Shown: positions 35,851 to 45,683 of the stretch, piece by piece | Numbering within the stretch: position 1 is the stretch's first letter | Layout of the letters: each line of letters opens with the position of its first letter | Assembly (NCBI GenBank): GCA_038243585.1 | Contig: JBBSQY010000017.1 | Span: 1-63,368, forward strand | DNA length: 63,368 nt | Reading direction: 5' to 3' | DNA from: Candidatus Sumerlaeales bacterium | GTDB lineage: Bacteria; Sumerlaeota; Sumerlaeia; Sumerlaeales; Sumerlaeaceae | Notes under the pieces: generated by a model | Databases searched by the model: none | Told to the model about the DNA's origin: nothing | What the model saw: only the letters and a program-made list of their open reading frames with translations | Made by a program: the position numbers and the translations under genes

Positions 35851-36924
35851 TCAGTTACGAAGATGCAACTCTAACAGCCGGCCTACCCGTGCCATTGTCA
35901 GCAGGTGGGCCAGGTTAAAGCCTTCGGCATCTCCCTGGCGGTCTATGTATAACAACCCAGAGACTCTTGTGCGGCCCAGTGGAACCGATAGCAGACTGGC
36001 AATGCGGTCGTTTCTCACGGTATTGCTGTCGCGGAACAGACCGCAGTCGCCTGTAACAGGGCAAATTATTGCCTTACCTTCTCCAAAACCAGATTGCAGC
36101 ACAACCCGATTCACGGCTACGTCCCCTTTTTCGGGAACAATAGCTCCAGGCTTGAGAGAGTCAGTCGGGTGATCCCGCAACACGATGACTCCCCTATCTG
36201 CTGAAATTGACTTTACCGCGGCCCGTAGCACATCCGTAAGAAAATTCGGCGACTCAACTTCGGAAGTAGAGTCGACTGCTAAAAGGCTGTTGAAAAAATC
36301 CTCCAGATAGTCGGCCGCCTTTTCTATGGCCGTAGTCCCGTCGGAAGCGATCCGCTCGTCGAGTTCAGGACGGGTAAAGAGAAGCACCTCTTCTCGAAGA
36401 ATCTCGGGCTTATTATGCCTGTTGCCGTTGTCCACGCTGGCATTGGTGATTTCGCCTGAGAAAATCTGGGATCGGGAGTAATCTTCGCCGCTGCCAACAT
36501 CAATGGTAGGCTTAAAGCTGTATGGGTCTACTTTGATATTGTCATCAGCATTTACAAAAGCTTTCACATCAAATCCGGCAGGAGGATTAAAAACCAAACG
36601 GTATTTGCCCACCTGCAACAGGTCGCCGGAACCCAAAGTTGCTGTCATGACGCGACTGCCGTTAACGAAAACTCCATTTTTGGAATCCAGGTCGCGAAAG
36701 ACGAAATCATTATTTCGCCTGTAAATGATGGCATGAACCCGTGAGATTTCTTCACCTTCCAGACGCAGAAGATTAGAATATCCTCTGCCAATGGTTAACT
36801 CCTGCCCCATATCAATTTCCTGGGAATTGCCTTTGGCTAATACCAGCAGTTTTGCTTTAGGTGATTGCAATAGTGTCGGTTCTCTTTTAATCAGGCGTCC
36901 ACCAAAATCAGGCGGCGCGGGCAA
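35851..36924 (-). CDS. FHA + GAF domain protein
   Basis: LTIGRG...ISRVHA...DLDSKNGVFVNG (FHA); C-terminal ADRGVIVL...IASLLSVPL...GLLYID (GAF). Start uncertain. Confidence 0.85.
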   Translation of the reverse strand: MPAPPDFGGRLIKREPTLLQSPKAKLLVLAKGNSQEIDMGQELTIGRGYSNLLRLEGEEISRVHAIIYRRNNDFVFRDLDSKNGVFVNGSRVMTATLGSGDLLQVGKYRLVFNPPAGFDVKAFVNADDNIKVDPYSFKPTIDVGSGEDYSRSQIFSGEITNASVDNGNRHNKPEILREEVLLFTRPELDERIASDGTTAIEKAADYLEDFFNSLLAVDSTSEVESPNFLTDVLRAAVKSISADRGVIVLRDHPTDSLKPGAIVPEKGDVAVNRVVLQSGFGEGKAIICPVTGDCGLFRDSNTVRNDRIASLLSVPLGRTRVSGLLYIDRQGDAEGFNLAHLLTMARVGRLLELHLRN

Positions 36925-36996
36925 TAAGAATTATATTTGTAGGGGAGAATTACTGACTTTGTTTACAGTTAAACACAAGCGAATAGCGTATCAATT

Positions 36997-37287
36997 ATGG
37001 ATAAACGAGACAGACGGTCCGAAGAAGTTGAGTATGTAGAGGCTGAGCCGATAGGAGCGGAAGCGCCGCCGGCGGTTCACCCTATGCCTCAGATGCGCGC
37101 CCAATATCAGGCAAGCGGCGGGTGTGTGCCCTGCTGTGGACCCATCGGATGCGCGACCGTGCTGATGTTGTTACTGCTGGCCTTTGGCTCTTCTGATTTT
37201 GCAAGGCCGCTTATTTTTGCCCTGGGTATTTTTATGGTGGTTTCTGTCGTCGGTAGTGCAATTGCAAAACGCAGGGGTTATTATTAA
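36997..37287 (+). CDS. Small membrane protein with a Cys cluster before two TM helices
   Basis: GGCVPCCGPIGC followed by two hydrophobic stretches. Confidence 0.7.
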   Translation: MDKRDRRSEEVEYVEAEPIGAEAPPAVHPMPQMRAQYQASGGCVPCCGPIGCATVLMLLLLAFGSSDFARPLIFALGIFMVVSVVGSAIAKRRGYY

Positions 37288-37345
37288 ATCAATCTCAAAT
37301 CAGCCGGTTAAAGATTGATACTGCAGTTGTAAGAAGGCAAATTGA

Positions 37346-37693
37346 ATGGCGTCAAACGATGACCCGCTTTTTTTAAGCAATCCGCTAGGCGATCTCGATG
37401 ATCTGATTAGAAGAGCGCAGACGATGGGAGCGGGTCGACTGCTGATTCTTGCGGGCGCCCCGCCGGTATGCCGTATCGATAAAGTTTTATCTCCACCTCT
37501 TTTCCCGAAACCGCTTCATTTCAACCAGACTCTCGCCCTTGCCACAGCGCTGCTGGATCTGGTCCAGCTTAAAAAGCTGGACGAGGAAGGTTCTGTGGAA
37601 ATCGATTATTTTATTGGTGAGGTAGTCGCTCGCATCAACGTTTTCTTTGGCGACGCTTCTCATAATTTCGTGGTTTTTTTAAATGACAAATAG
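37346..37693 (+). CDS. Stand-alone PilT-like N-terminal domain protein (no ATPase domain)
   Basis: LDDLIRRAQTMGAGRLLILAGAPPVCRID...LDEEGSVEIDY...ARINVF parallels the PilT N-domain (GASDLHLSAGLPPMIRVDG...RFRVNAF). Confidence 0.7.
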   Translation: MASNDDPLFLSNPLGDLDDLIRRAQTMGAGRLLILAGAPPVCRIDKVLSPPLFPKPLHFNQTLALATALLDLVQLKKLDEEGSVEIDYFIGEVVARINVFFGDASHNFVVFLNDK

Positions 37694-37712
37694 CAGGAAA
37701 TGCGGCTGCCGG

Positions 37713-38789
37713 CTACTCGGTTGGTGCCCACGTTGTCTGGCGTCCCAGAGTTAACCGCAGTAGCAGGCCGAGGACGACAGTCAGCGCAAACAACATATAC
37801 GCGATGGCCGAAGCATAACCCATATTGTAAAATTCGAACGCATTCCGGTAGAGGTAATAGACAACGGTCATTGTATCTTCCGAGTCCGGTTTCATTACGT
37901 TTGGCAGGACAAACACCTGCAGGGCATCAATTGTACTCATGAGAACCACAAAGAACGTGGTAGGCCGGAGAAGCGGCCACGTAATATATCGGAAGTTCTG
38001 GATCGACGTGGCACCATCAATACGACTAGCCTGATATATATGAGAAGGCAGGCCCTGTAATCCGGCCAGATAAATAACAGTGTTGAAACCGACGACGGCC
38101 CATACGTTAACCAGCGTGATTGTCAAAAGCGGAATTATGGGATTCGGATTGTCCAGCAAGCGGAAACGATAAACCATCCATTCTGGCGCTAATGTCAGAG
38201 AGTTGCTTAACCACGAGGCTGCATTCATGGCTCCGGAAATGGATCTATTATCACCCGCCACAGCCTGTAAGGCCATCGTGTATCCTACGATATCTGTGTA
38301 TAGTTTGGCCAGCCCGTCCAAGGTTTCCCGAATCAAGCCCACGTCGCTGTTCAATATCAGTTTCCAAACCAGCGAGACAACTACCAGCGAAACGATTGCC
38401 GGCACAAAAAAGACCGCACGATAAAAACGTTTAAACACGCGTACGGTGTTTAGGAAAAGCGCGAGGGCGAGGCCCAGCCAGGTGGAGATCAGTACGGTAA
38501 GAGCCGTAAAGATTCCAGTATTAGTGAGTGCGGTTAGAAATCCGGAGTCAGAAAAAACTTCCCGGTAATTATCAAGCCCGGTAAATCTGGCGGCCATAAT
38601 TCCGTTCCACTGCTGAAAGCTGAGGACAAACGAAAAGGCGATGGGAAACAACATGAACACGAGAAACATCAGGTAAAACGGCGATATAAACAGATAGACG
38701 TGTCTGTTTCGCCGCATCTCGCGCCAAATTGTATTCCCACCGCCCATCAGATTATGGGGTTCAGGCGCCGCATAGCCGGGCCAGCGCAT
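37713..38789 (-). CDS. Carbohydrate ABC transporter permease (MalF/UgpA-like)
   Basis: FTGLDNY, RAVFFVP, IYLAGLQGLP..IYQASRIDGA and MGYASAIA motifs. The start may be ATG 38747. Confidence 0.9.
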   Translation of the reverse strand: MRWPGYAAPEPHNLMGGGNTIWREMRRNRHVYLFISPFYLMFLVFMLFPIAFSFVLSFQQWNGIMAARFTGLDNYREVFSDSGFLTALTNTGIFTALTVLISTWLGLALALFLNTVRVFKRFYRAVFFVPAIVSLVVVSLVWKLILNSDVGLIRETLDGLAKLYTDIVGYTMALQAVAGDNRSISGAMNAASWLSNSLTLAPEWMVYRFRLLDNPNPIIPLLTITLVNVWAVVGFNTVIYLAGLQGLPSHIYQASRIDGATSIQNFRYITWPLLRPTTFFVVLMSTIDALQVFVLPNVMKPDSEDTMTVVYYLYRNAFEFYNMGYASAIAYMLFALTVVLGLLLRLTLGRQTTWAPTE

Positions 38790-40230
38790 GCGCGTAGATT
38801 TTTACGTTTCGCAGCATGTGTTCTTCGGAAACGCGTTCGTCTGCCTGGTGGGCAAGTTCGAATTCTCCATCGTCCAGATCCACAGGTCCAAAACATACCG
38901 CGTTCGGGAATACTTTTGAGTAAGTGGTGCCGCCCATGGCTTTCAGGGTGGCTTCTCTGCCCGTTACTTCCGTGTAGGATTCTTTCAGCGCACCAATAAA
39001 CTCGGGATGCTCTTCCGGATTTACATAGATTGGTTCCATGGCCTTGCTCTTCGGCGCCGCTGATACTTCAAATCCGGTTTCTTCGGCGAACTCTGCGATC
39101 ACCTCACCTGCGCGTTTTACAGTGTCCGCAACAGAAAGGCCCATGGTGTTGCGAATGTTAAAGATCGCTTCCACGTCGTCTTTTACCCATTTCAAGATGC
39201 CGAGGTTCACCGTTGTTGGACCAATAAATGGATGTTCGACGGCAATGTTTAGATTTTCGCCTTTCAGACCTTCTCCACTATGGTGAAGAAATTCCGCCAT
39301 GTCGGCTTCGTCATCGGATACGAATCCGCTGTCGGTTATGAATTGCAACATATCCAGCGCGGCGTTACGCCCCTCTTCAGGGGTGCTGCCATGGGCGCCT
39401 TTGCCATGAAAGACTATGGTTTTCTCAAGCGCATGCTCTTTAAACTCGGCCTTGGCCGATGGGTGGGCAGCCAGAAATCTGCTGAGCTCCCGCTGTAGAG
39501 CATCGGACTCCGCTTCACCTTCAAATACCAGGGTCGCCTTCGGCGGCACGATGTTGGCGCGGTCACCTGCAGTGGCTTTTTTAAATCGAAGTTCGCCGCC
39601 GTCTGAACTTTCATCTTCGGGCAGTTTGCCTTCCAGACGCAGATTCAAAACTCCTTTTTCGCCGTTAATAATGGGGAAAGATGCGTCCGAAACGATGGAC
39701 ATTTCCGGGGCTTCTTCGGTTTCGAAATATCGTTTGATATCATACCACTCGCCGTGTTCTTCCGTTGTGCCAATAACCATACGCGCTCCACGTTTCAGCG
39801 GTATACCCAATGCTTTTAGAACCTTAACTGCGTAGAGCATCTGAATTACCGGCCCCTTGTCGTCCTGGCAGCCGCGACCATAAATAACGCCGTCAATAAT
39901 TTCTCCGCCAAAGGGATCATAGTTCCAGCCTTCTCCCACAGGCACGACATCAATATGCACGGGCAACCCGACAAATTTTTCGCCGCCATCCAAGTGAGCA
40001 TAGGCAACGACGTTGTCGATGTTCTTCCATTCCAGACCGATTTCTTTGCTTTTGCCTTCCAGGAAATCCATGCAGCGGGCGATGTCAGCTTTGTATGTGT
40101 CCTGCCCCTCCTGGTCGTCCGCGCCGCTGACAGTGCGGAAACGGAGAATCTGCTGCATGGCGTCAATAATGGCGGCTTTATCGCCGTCCACCAACTCATC
40201 GATGCGTGCTTTCAGGTCCTGATTAGTCAT
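38761..40230 (-). CDS. M20 dipeptidase (PepV/Sapep family)
   Basis: HIDVVP, GRGCQDDKGP, GTTEE, INGEKG, GKGAHGS, GGTTY and AHQADE motifs. Confidence 0.92.
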   Translation of the reverse strand: MTNQDLKARIDELVDGDKAAIIDAMQQILRFRTVSGADDQEGQDTYKADIARCMDFLEGKSKEIGLEWKNIDNVVAYAHLDGGEKFVGLPVHIDVVPVGEGWNYDPFGGEIIDGVIYGRGCQDDKGPVIQMLYAVKVLKALGIPLKRGARMVIGTTEEHGEWYDIKRYFETEEAPEMSIVSDASFPIINGEKGVLNLRLEGKLPEDESSDGGELRFKKATAGDRANIVPPKATLVFEGEAESDALQRELSRFLAAHPSAKAEFKEHALEKTIVFHGKGAHGSTPEEGRNAALDMLQFITDSGFVSDDEADMAEFLHHSGEGLKGENLNIAVEHPFIGPTTVNLGILKWVKDDVEAIFNIRNTMGLSVADTVKRAGEVIAEFAEETGFEVSAAPKSKAMEPIYVNPEEHPEFIGALKESYTEVTGREATLKAMGGTTYSKVFPNAVCFGPVDLDDGEFELAHQADERVSEEHMLRNVKIYAHALARLCGA

Positions 40231-40337
40231 TATGGAGATGATTCCCGGTTCTAAGATTAAAAGTTACTCGCCAGCCAATAGCCATTACATGGTTATAGGC
40301 AAAGCCATGTGTGAAGAGTTTTTTAACGCCAAAATAA

Positions 40338-41675
40338 TCATGTTCCTGTCAGGAAACTTTCGGAAATGTCCGCTTCGAAAAAAATCCGAGACATTACACC
40401 GCGCAAATCAACGGTTCCGGCCATGCCGGGAAAGATGATTCTTTTCACCTTAAACGCGGCTCGCGCCAGTCCGGCTACAACTTCAGAAACTTCGTATATG
40501 TCGCGGGTTTGATTTGAAAACGGCTTAGATTGTTCTACCAGAATATGAGACGAGACGGTAGGTTTTCGCGGGTCATATGGACGATAAGGCACGTCGCCGC
40601 TGGAGTCCACGATAAAATAATAGCGGGGATCAAGGCCGGCTTTTGTGATCTCGTCCCGGGCTTCTTTCTCTTTGACCTTTAGATTTTTAACGCGGGATAC
40701 GTCCATAGTTTTGAAAAGCCGGCGATTAAGGATCCTGTCGGACAGGTCGCGTAATATTGCATCATCACATTCGGACCACTTTTGAAGAGCGGTAAATATA
40801 AGATGATCATCAAGCTTCAAATAAGTGCTCAGATCGGCATCGGCCTTGTTTTGAAGTAGGGCAAGAAGTGGATCATCAGGGCGTAGCCTCAAAAGCTCAG
40901 GATTGACGGACAGGTCAGCAGCGCGGGTCAGGAGACTGCCAAAAACCCGCTCCCCCGCTCGAACTGTTTTATGTAGATAAACCTGGGAGTACATATGATA
41001 TCGGGCCTGCAGGTACTTCTCGACGGCTTGCACGCCGTTCGCGGCCACGACAATATTATCTCCGCGCGCGTCCAGCCTGAGCACGTGGAGTAGCCGCTCC
41101 AGATCATAGATCCCATATTTGACGCCCGTCATCATGCTATCGCGAAGCAAATAGTCAAATCGGTCGGCATCTAACTGGGATGAGATGATTTGGGATAAGA
41201 ACCGGGGGTGGCTGTTTCCATCGATTATGTTGACCACTTCAACCGGGAGGGACGCGTGGTACTGTCGCAGGATTCGATTTACTGTGCTATGCTCGTCCAG
41301 TATGATTTGCCGGGTCCACGCTTCGTGATGTTTTCCCATGAAACTCTCAAACAAATGGCTGAGGGGCCCGTGACCGACATCATGGAGGAGAGCAGCGCAT
41401 CGAGTGGCGAATTGCATCCGTGGTGGTACGGGTTGCTGCCGGTTCAACTGTTCCAGTACGCGAGTGGCTACCCACATGGCCCCGATGGAATGAGTAAACC
41501 TGCTGTGTTCGGCACCCTGGTAGGCGAGATTTGCGAGACCCATCTGGCGGATACGTCGCAGGCGTTGCATTTCCGGTGCGTCGATAAGTTCCATCAGGGT
41601 GTTATCTTCGACGGTATTCTTGTCGAGAGCTATCAGGTCATGCACCGGATCACGGTAAAGCTTGTCGCGTATCAC
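40338..41675 (-). CDS. HD-domain phosphohydrolase (SAMHD1/dNTPase-like)
   Basis: RDPVH, QRLRRIRQMG, HSRFTHSIG, LLHDVGHGPLSH, LDADRFDYLLRD and QVYLHKT motifs. Confidence 0.93.
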   Translation of the reverse strand: MIRDKLYRDPVHDLIALDKNTVEDNTLMELIDAPEMQRLRRIRQMGLANLAYQGAEHSRFTHSIGAMWVATRVLEQLNRQQPVPPRMQFATRCAALLHDVGHGPLSHLFESFMGKHHEAWTRQIILDEHSTVNRILRQYHASLPVEVVNIIDGNSHPRFLSQIISSQLDADRFDYLLRDSMMTGVKYGIYDLERLLHVLRLDARGDNIVVAANGVQAVEKYLQARYHMYSQVYLHKTVRAGERVFGSLLTRAADLSVNPELLRLRPDDPLLALLQNKADADLSTYLKLDDHLIFTALQKWSECDDAILRDLSDRILNRRLFKTMDVSRVKNLKVKEKEARDEITKAGLDPRYYFIVDSSGDVPYRPYDPRKPTVSSHILVEQSKPFSNQTRDIYEVSEVVAGLARAAFKVKRIIFPGMAGTVDLRGVMSRIFFEADISESFLTGT

Positions 41676-41778
41676 CTAGGCCTACTCTCGCTGTTCGTGG
41701 TTCATAACCTGTGTATCTCATGGAAATAATGGGGTTAAACAAGAAGTTTATTACTATGCGCTGTAAGTTATATGGTCT

Positions 41779-42543
41779 ATGAAAATCCGTCACATTACCC
41801 TTAGGATCTGCACTGTTTGCTTTATCACGCTGACAGGCGTGACCGGGCAGGCTCAAGAACTGCCGCTGGCGGAGAATGGCATTGCGGAAGAAGCGGCGCG
41901 CCCGGAGGAGGCTACGTCTCAGGCGGAGGTATCGTTTGAGGAGCAGTCAAAAATGCTAACTGGAGTTTATCCGCTTACTCTTGATCGTATGGATCAGGTA
42001 AGGCAGAATAGCTATAACTGGCGGGGACTTCGGGATGCTTCTCTCGGTTGTGAAGTGGGATTTACTCCGCAGGCAATTGTTATCCGGGGCAAGGTGTTGG
42101 ATGACCAGCCATTTGTGCAGCCTATCGCCTATCCGGAAAAGCCTGACTGGTGGCAGACAACGTATGCGGCCGATGGAATAGAATTGACGTTTGAGGATCC
42201 GACGTCTGCAACCCATCGCCTTCGCCTCATTCTAAACTTTTCTTCGGCGGGACTCGCGCCAAAGGTGCAGGTGCTGGAGGCTCCGCTGGTGAGAACGGCA
42301 GGGATTTTGACCTCGGCGGATTTGAAGATCAAGGCATTAACCGATGAGGATGTCCCACTTAACTTGCCCGATCCTGATGTTGCGGTGGCAGGCTTTCGAT
42401 TTGAAGCTGCAATACCGACGACCGGACTGGCCGAGCCGAAGTTTTTTTCCGGTCCTTTACGCATGAATGTGCGATTGCATGATCTCGACGGAGAAATCGA
42501 AACGTATCTTAAAATGGAAGAGGTTATCGAAAAGCGGGAGTAA
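41779..42543 (+). CDS. Exported hypothetical protein (possible CBM9/DOMON-like beta domain)
   Basis: Signal peptide; VLDD, ADGIELTF, FEAAIP and LHDLDG segments. Confidence 0.65.
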   Translation: MKIRHITLRICTVCFITLTGVTGQAQELPLAENGIAEEAARPEEATSQAEVSFEEQSKMLTGVYPLTLDRMDQVRQNSYNWRGLRDASLGCEVGFTPQAIVIRGKVLDDQPFVQPIAYPEKPDWWQTTYAADGIELTFEDPTSATHRLRLILNFSSAGLAPKVQVLEAPLVRTAGILTSADLKIKALTDEDVPLNLPDPDVAVAGFRFEAAIPTTGLAEPKFFSGPLRMNVRLHDLDGEIETYLKMEEVIEKRE

Positions 42544-42605
42544 AAGAGGAAGAATATAAGAAAAATGATAAGCGCCCTTAATTTAAAGCTTTTTATTTTT
42601 CTGCG

Positions 42606-43214
42606 TTAATATCCCCTCCTGCCTTCCAACGCCTTTTGCAGCGTAAGCTCGTCGATATATTCCAGAGACGACCCCATGGGTACGCCGAGCCCGAGTCGCG
42701 ACGTTTTTATTCCACGGCGTTCCAGCATTTTATGCAGGTATAGTGCCGTGGCGTCTCCATCTACGCTAGGATTTGTCGCAAGTATTACTTCGCTGATTTC
42801 TGCGCCAGGCTTATCTACGCGGCGGAGAAGTTCGTCTATTTTCAAATCCTCAGGCATAACCCCCTGCAGCGGAGAAAGCCGTCCGAGGAGAACATGGTAA
42901 TGTCCGCGAAAAAAAGCGGAGCGTTCAAAGGCTATAACATCTGCGGGCTCTTCGACCACGCAGATGGCAGTGGGGTCTCGACGAACATCCTTGCAGATTG
43001 CACAAAGGTCGGATTCTGCAAGAAAGAAGCATTGCCTGCAGAAGCGCACTCCGCTGTGGAGGCCCGCCAGAGCGTTGGCTAACTTTTCTGCCTGGGCCTG
43101 ATCGGCTTTTAAAAGATGCAGTGCCAGCCGCTGAGCACTTTTGCGCCCAACGGTTGGCAGTCGCGATAGCTCATGGATTAATGATTCCAGCGCTTTAGGA
43201 AACTCTTCCGACAC
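42606..43214 (-). CDS. recR: Recombination mediator RecR
   Basis: LPTVGRKSAQRLA, C4 Zn finger, ICVVEE, YHVL and EVILATNPSVDGDATA motifs. Confidence 0.97.
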   Translation of the reverse strand: MSEEFPKALESLIHELSRLPTVGRKSAQRLALHLLKADQAQAEKLANALAGLHSGVRFCRQCFFLAESDLCAICKDVRRDPTAICVVEEPADVIAFERSAFFRGHYHVLLGRLSPLQGVMPEDLKIDELLRRVDKPGAEISEVILATNPSVDGDATALYLHKMLERRGIKTSRLGLGVPMGSSLEYIDELTLQKALEGRRGY

Positions 43215-43383
43215 GATGATGAAATTCCTTGTTAGACCCGTATTGGTGTATCATTGATCTTTCAGCAGCGAAAATACCACAAAATCCTTGAACCCTTGCT
43301 ATAGAACCAACCATTTAGCTTAACATCTTGTAGCTCACCAGCCAGTGACAATATTTTTATGAAGTTAGTTTGGAGATTTAGGA

Positions 43384-43689
43384 ATGATTGACCGCATCGA
43401 GCTTTTGGAAGAAAAGATCGCGGCCCTGTTGCACCGAGTTGGCGACGCCAAAGGCCGCATGGGTGAGTTGCAGCGGCAGAATCAGGAACTGGCAGGACTT
43501 TTAGAACAAAAAGGCCAAACAGATTCCGACAATAATCGTTTGCAGGACCGCATTCGTGAATTGGAAGGCGAATTGAATTCCCGCGATGACAAGGAAAACG
43601 TCGTCAAAGATCGCCTGAAGGCGATCCTTAACCGTATTGACACCCTCGAATCAGAAATTCTGGAACTGGATAGCACCCAAGCCGAATGA
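43384..43689 (+). CDS. ZapB-like coiled-coil protein
   Basis: Heptad-rich 101 aa (LEEKIAALL...LKAILNRID) directly upstream of zapA. Confidence 0.7.
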   Translation: MIDRIELLEEKIAALLHRVGDAKGRMGELQRQNQELAGLLEQKGQTDSDNNRLQDRIRELEGELNSRDDKENVVKDRLKAILNRIDTLESEILELDSTQAE

Positions 43690-44000
43690 GCGACAACAGT
43701 TCAGCCACCAGGCTGGAGTTTATAATATATAACCTGCCGTTTCGCCTTAGGGCGCCTGCTGAAGAGCATGAGCGCCTGAGGCGGGCGGCGAGGCATGTGG
43801 ACGAACTGATGCGCCAGTTGGGCGACAGCCAGGTGACCCCTGATACCAGTAAGCTGGCGCTTCAGGCGGCGGTTTTATCGACTGTTGAGTACTATAAGGT
43901 CATAGATGACGCAGCTTCGGTCATAGGCCTTACGGATGACGTGAGACAGCGGGTTGATAACCTCATTGCCCAGTTGGAAGAAGAACTGGCGGACTTATAG
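43686..44000 (+). CDS. zapA: Cell division protein ZapA
   Basis: IYNLPFRL...EHERLRRAARHVDELM...KLALQAA; overlaps the zapB-like stop. Confidence 0.85.
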   Translation: MSDNSSATRLEFIIYNLPFRLRAPAEEHERLRRAARHVDELMRQLGDSQVTPDTSKLALQAAVLSTVEYYKVIDDAASVIGLTDDVRQRVDNLIAQLEEELADL

Positions 44001-44100
44001 TAGTTTGCAAAATATGAGTCTGATGTGCGTTGTGGGCGACTAAATATGGGTGTGAAGCAACACGTTAAGCTTTACCCACGAATAATTTTCACGGGCGCCC

Positions 44101-45591
44101 GTGTCACAAATCATGCTTCCAGACCATAATGAAATAATCGCAAACCGCTATCAGAAAGCCGACCGTCTTCGGGAGGAAAACGTTGACCCATTCGTCACTA
44201 AATGGGAACCAACACATCTTTCCAGCGTAATTCGCGACGGCGCAGAACAACTTATTGAAGCGAAAACCCCGGTTAAGGTCGCAGGCCGCATCATGACCGT
44301 CCGACATATGGGCAAGGCCTCGTTTTTCACCCTGAAAGATAGCGACGGACGGATCCAGGTTTACCTTAAAAAGGACCTTGTTCCGGAAGCCGATTATCAT
44401 GTCTTTAAAGAATATACGGACATGGGCGACATTGTCGGCGTGGAAGGCACCGTGTTTATTACACGCACTGGCGAACTGTCTATACAGGCTTCCAGTTTTA
44501 CCCTGCTGACGAAGTCAATGCGGCCGCTTCCGGAAAAATGGCATGGATTGACGGACAAAGAAACCCGTTATCGGCAGCGTTATGTTGATCTTATAGTCAA
44601 CGATGACGTGCGCGATACGTTTGTCCTGCGCAGTCGTATTGTATCCGGCTTGCGTAGCTACCTTACTGAGCGTGGCTATCTGGAAGTGGAAACACCGATG
44701 ATGCACGCGGTGGTTGGAGGGGCCACGGCGCGCCCTTTTGTGACTCATCATAATGCGCTTGGGATGCCCCTGTTTCTGAGGATTGCTCCGGAACTTTTTT
44801 TGAAGCGACTGACGGTTGGAGGCTTTGATAAAACCTTTGAAATCAACCGAAATTTTCGCAACGAAGGTTTGTCGGTTCGACACAATCCCGAGTTTACCAT
44901 GCTGGAGCTTTATACAGCCTATTCGGACTACCGCGGCACCATGGAACTGACGGAGCAGACGATTCAGCACGTGGCGCAAACGGTCTTTGGAACCACACAG
45001 TTCAGTTTTGGAGAATTAAGTTTTAATCTTCAGGCGCCGCTGACCAGGATCACTTATCTGAACGCGATTCGTAAGTATGTACCCGCCCTGGTGGAGACTG
45101 AGTTAAGCTGGTCTGACCCCGCAGATGTGACGTATGAGAAAATACGGGGCTGTTTTAATCCGAAAGATAAAAACAACACTGTCTCTATGTTAACCGAGAT
45201 TTTTGAAGAACTTGTCGAGCCTAAGTTGATTGATGCAACTTATGTTACAGAGTTTCCAAAAGCCATTAGCCCGCTTTCAAAGTCAAAGCCGGATGATCCG
45301 CTGGTGGCAGAGCGATTTGAGCTATACATCTGTGGAATGGAAATAGCAAACGGCTATTCTGAGCTTAACGATCCACGCGAACAGCATGAGCGATTTAAGC
45401 AACAGGTGGAGGCGAAGGCAAAGGGCGATGAAGAGGCTGGCGATATGGACGAAGACTACATTCGCGCCTTGGAATACGGCATGCCGCCGACCAGCGGCCT
45501 TGGGGTAGGCATTGATCGATTGACGATGCTGCTGACGAACTCGCCATCTATCCGTGATGTCATTTTGTTTCCGCTTATGAGGCCGGAGTAG
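44101..45591 (+). CDS. lysS: Lysine--tRNA ligase (class II)
   Basis: AGRIMTVRHMGK, LPEKWHGL, YRQRYVDL, GGATARPF, FRNEG and YGMPPTSGLGVGIDR motifs. The start may be ATG 44113. Confidence 0.98.
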   Translation: MSQIMLPDHNEIIANRYQKADRLREENVDPFVTKWEPTHLSSVIRDGAEQLIEAKTPVKVAGRIMTVRHMGKASFFTLKDSDGRIQVYLKKDLVPEADYHVFKEYTDMGDIVGVEGTVFITRTGELSIQASSFTLLTKSMRPLPEKWHGLTDKETRYRQRYVDLIVNDDVRDTFVLRSRIVSGLRSYLTERGYLEVETPMMHAVVGGATARPFVTHHNALGMPLFLRIAPELFLKRLTVGGFDKTFEINRNFRNEGLSVRHNPEFTMLELYTAYSDYRGTMELTEQTIQHVAQTVFGTTQFSFGELSFNLQAPLTRITYLNAIRKYVPALVETELSWSDPADVTYEKIRGCFNPKDKNNTVSMLTEIFEELVEPKLIDATYVTEFPKAISPLSKSKPDDPLVAERFELYICGMEIANGYSELNDPREQHERFKQQVEAKAKGDEEAGDMDEDYIRALEYGMPPTSGLGVGIDRLTMLLTNSPSIRDVILFPLMRPE

Positions 45592-45683
45592 CAGCACTCG
45601 CCGGGCCACAAATATCGTTCCGGCGGGAATTCCTGCGGCTTTTTCATTTTATGTATTTTAACTAAAGATCAGGAGCATCAAAC

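Noticed and set aside
40338..41675. HD protein as an anti-phage dNTPase system
   Set aside because: It belongs to a widespread housekeeping-type family and has no defence-associated neighbours in this window.
44001..44100. 6S RNA downstream of zapA
   Set aside because: The gap to lysS is only about 100 nt and shows no long irregular hairpin.
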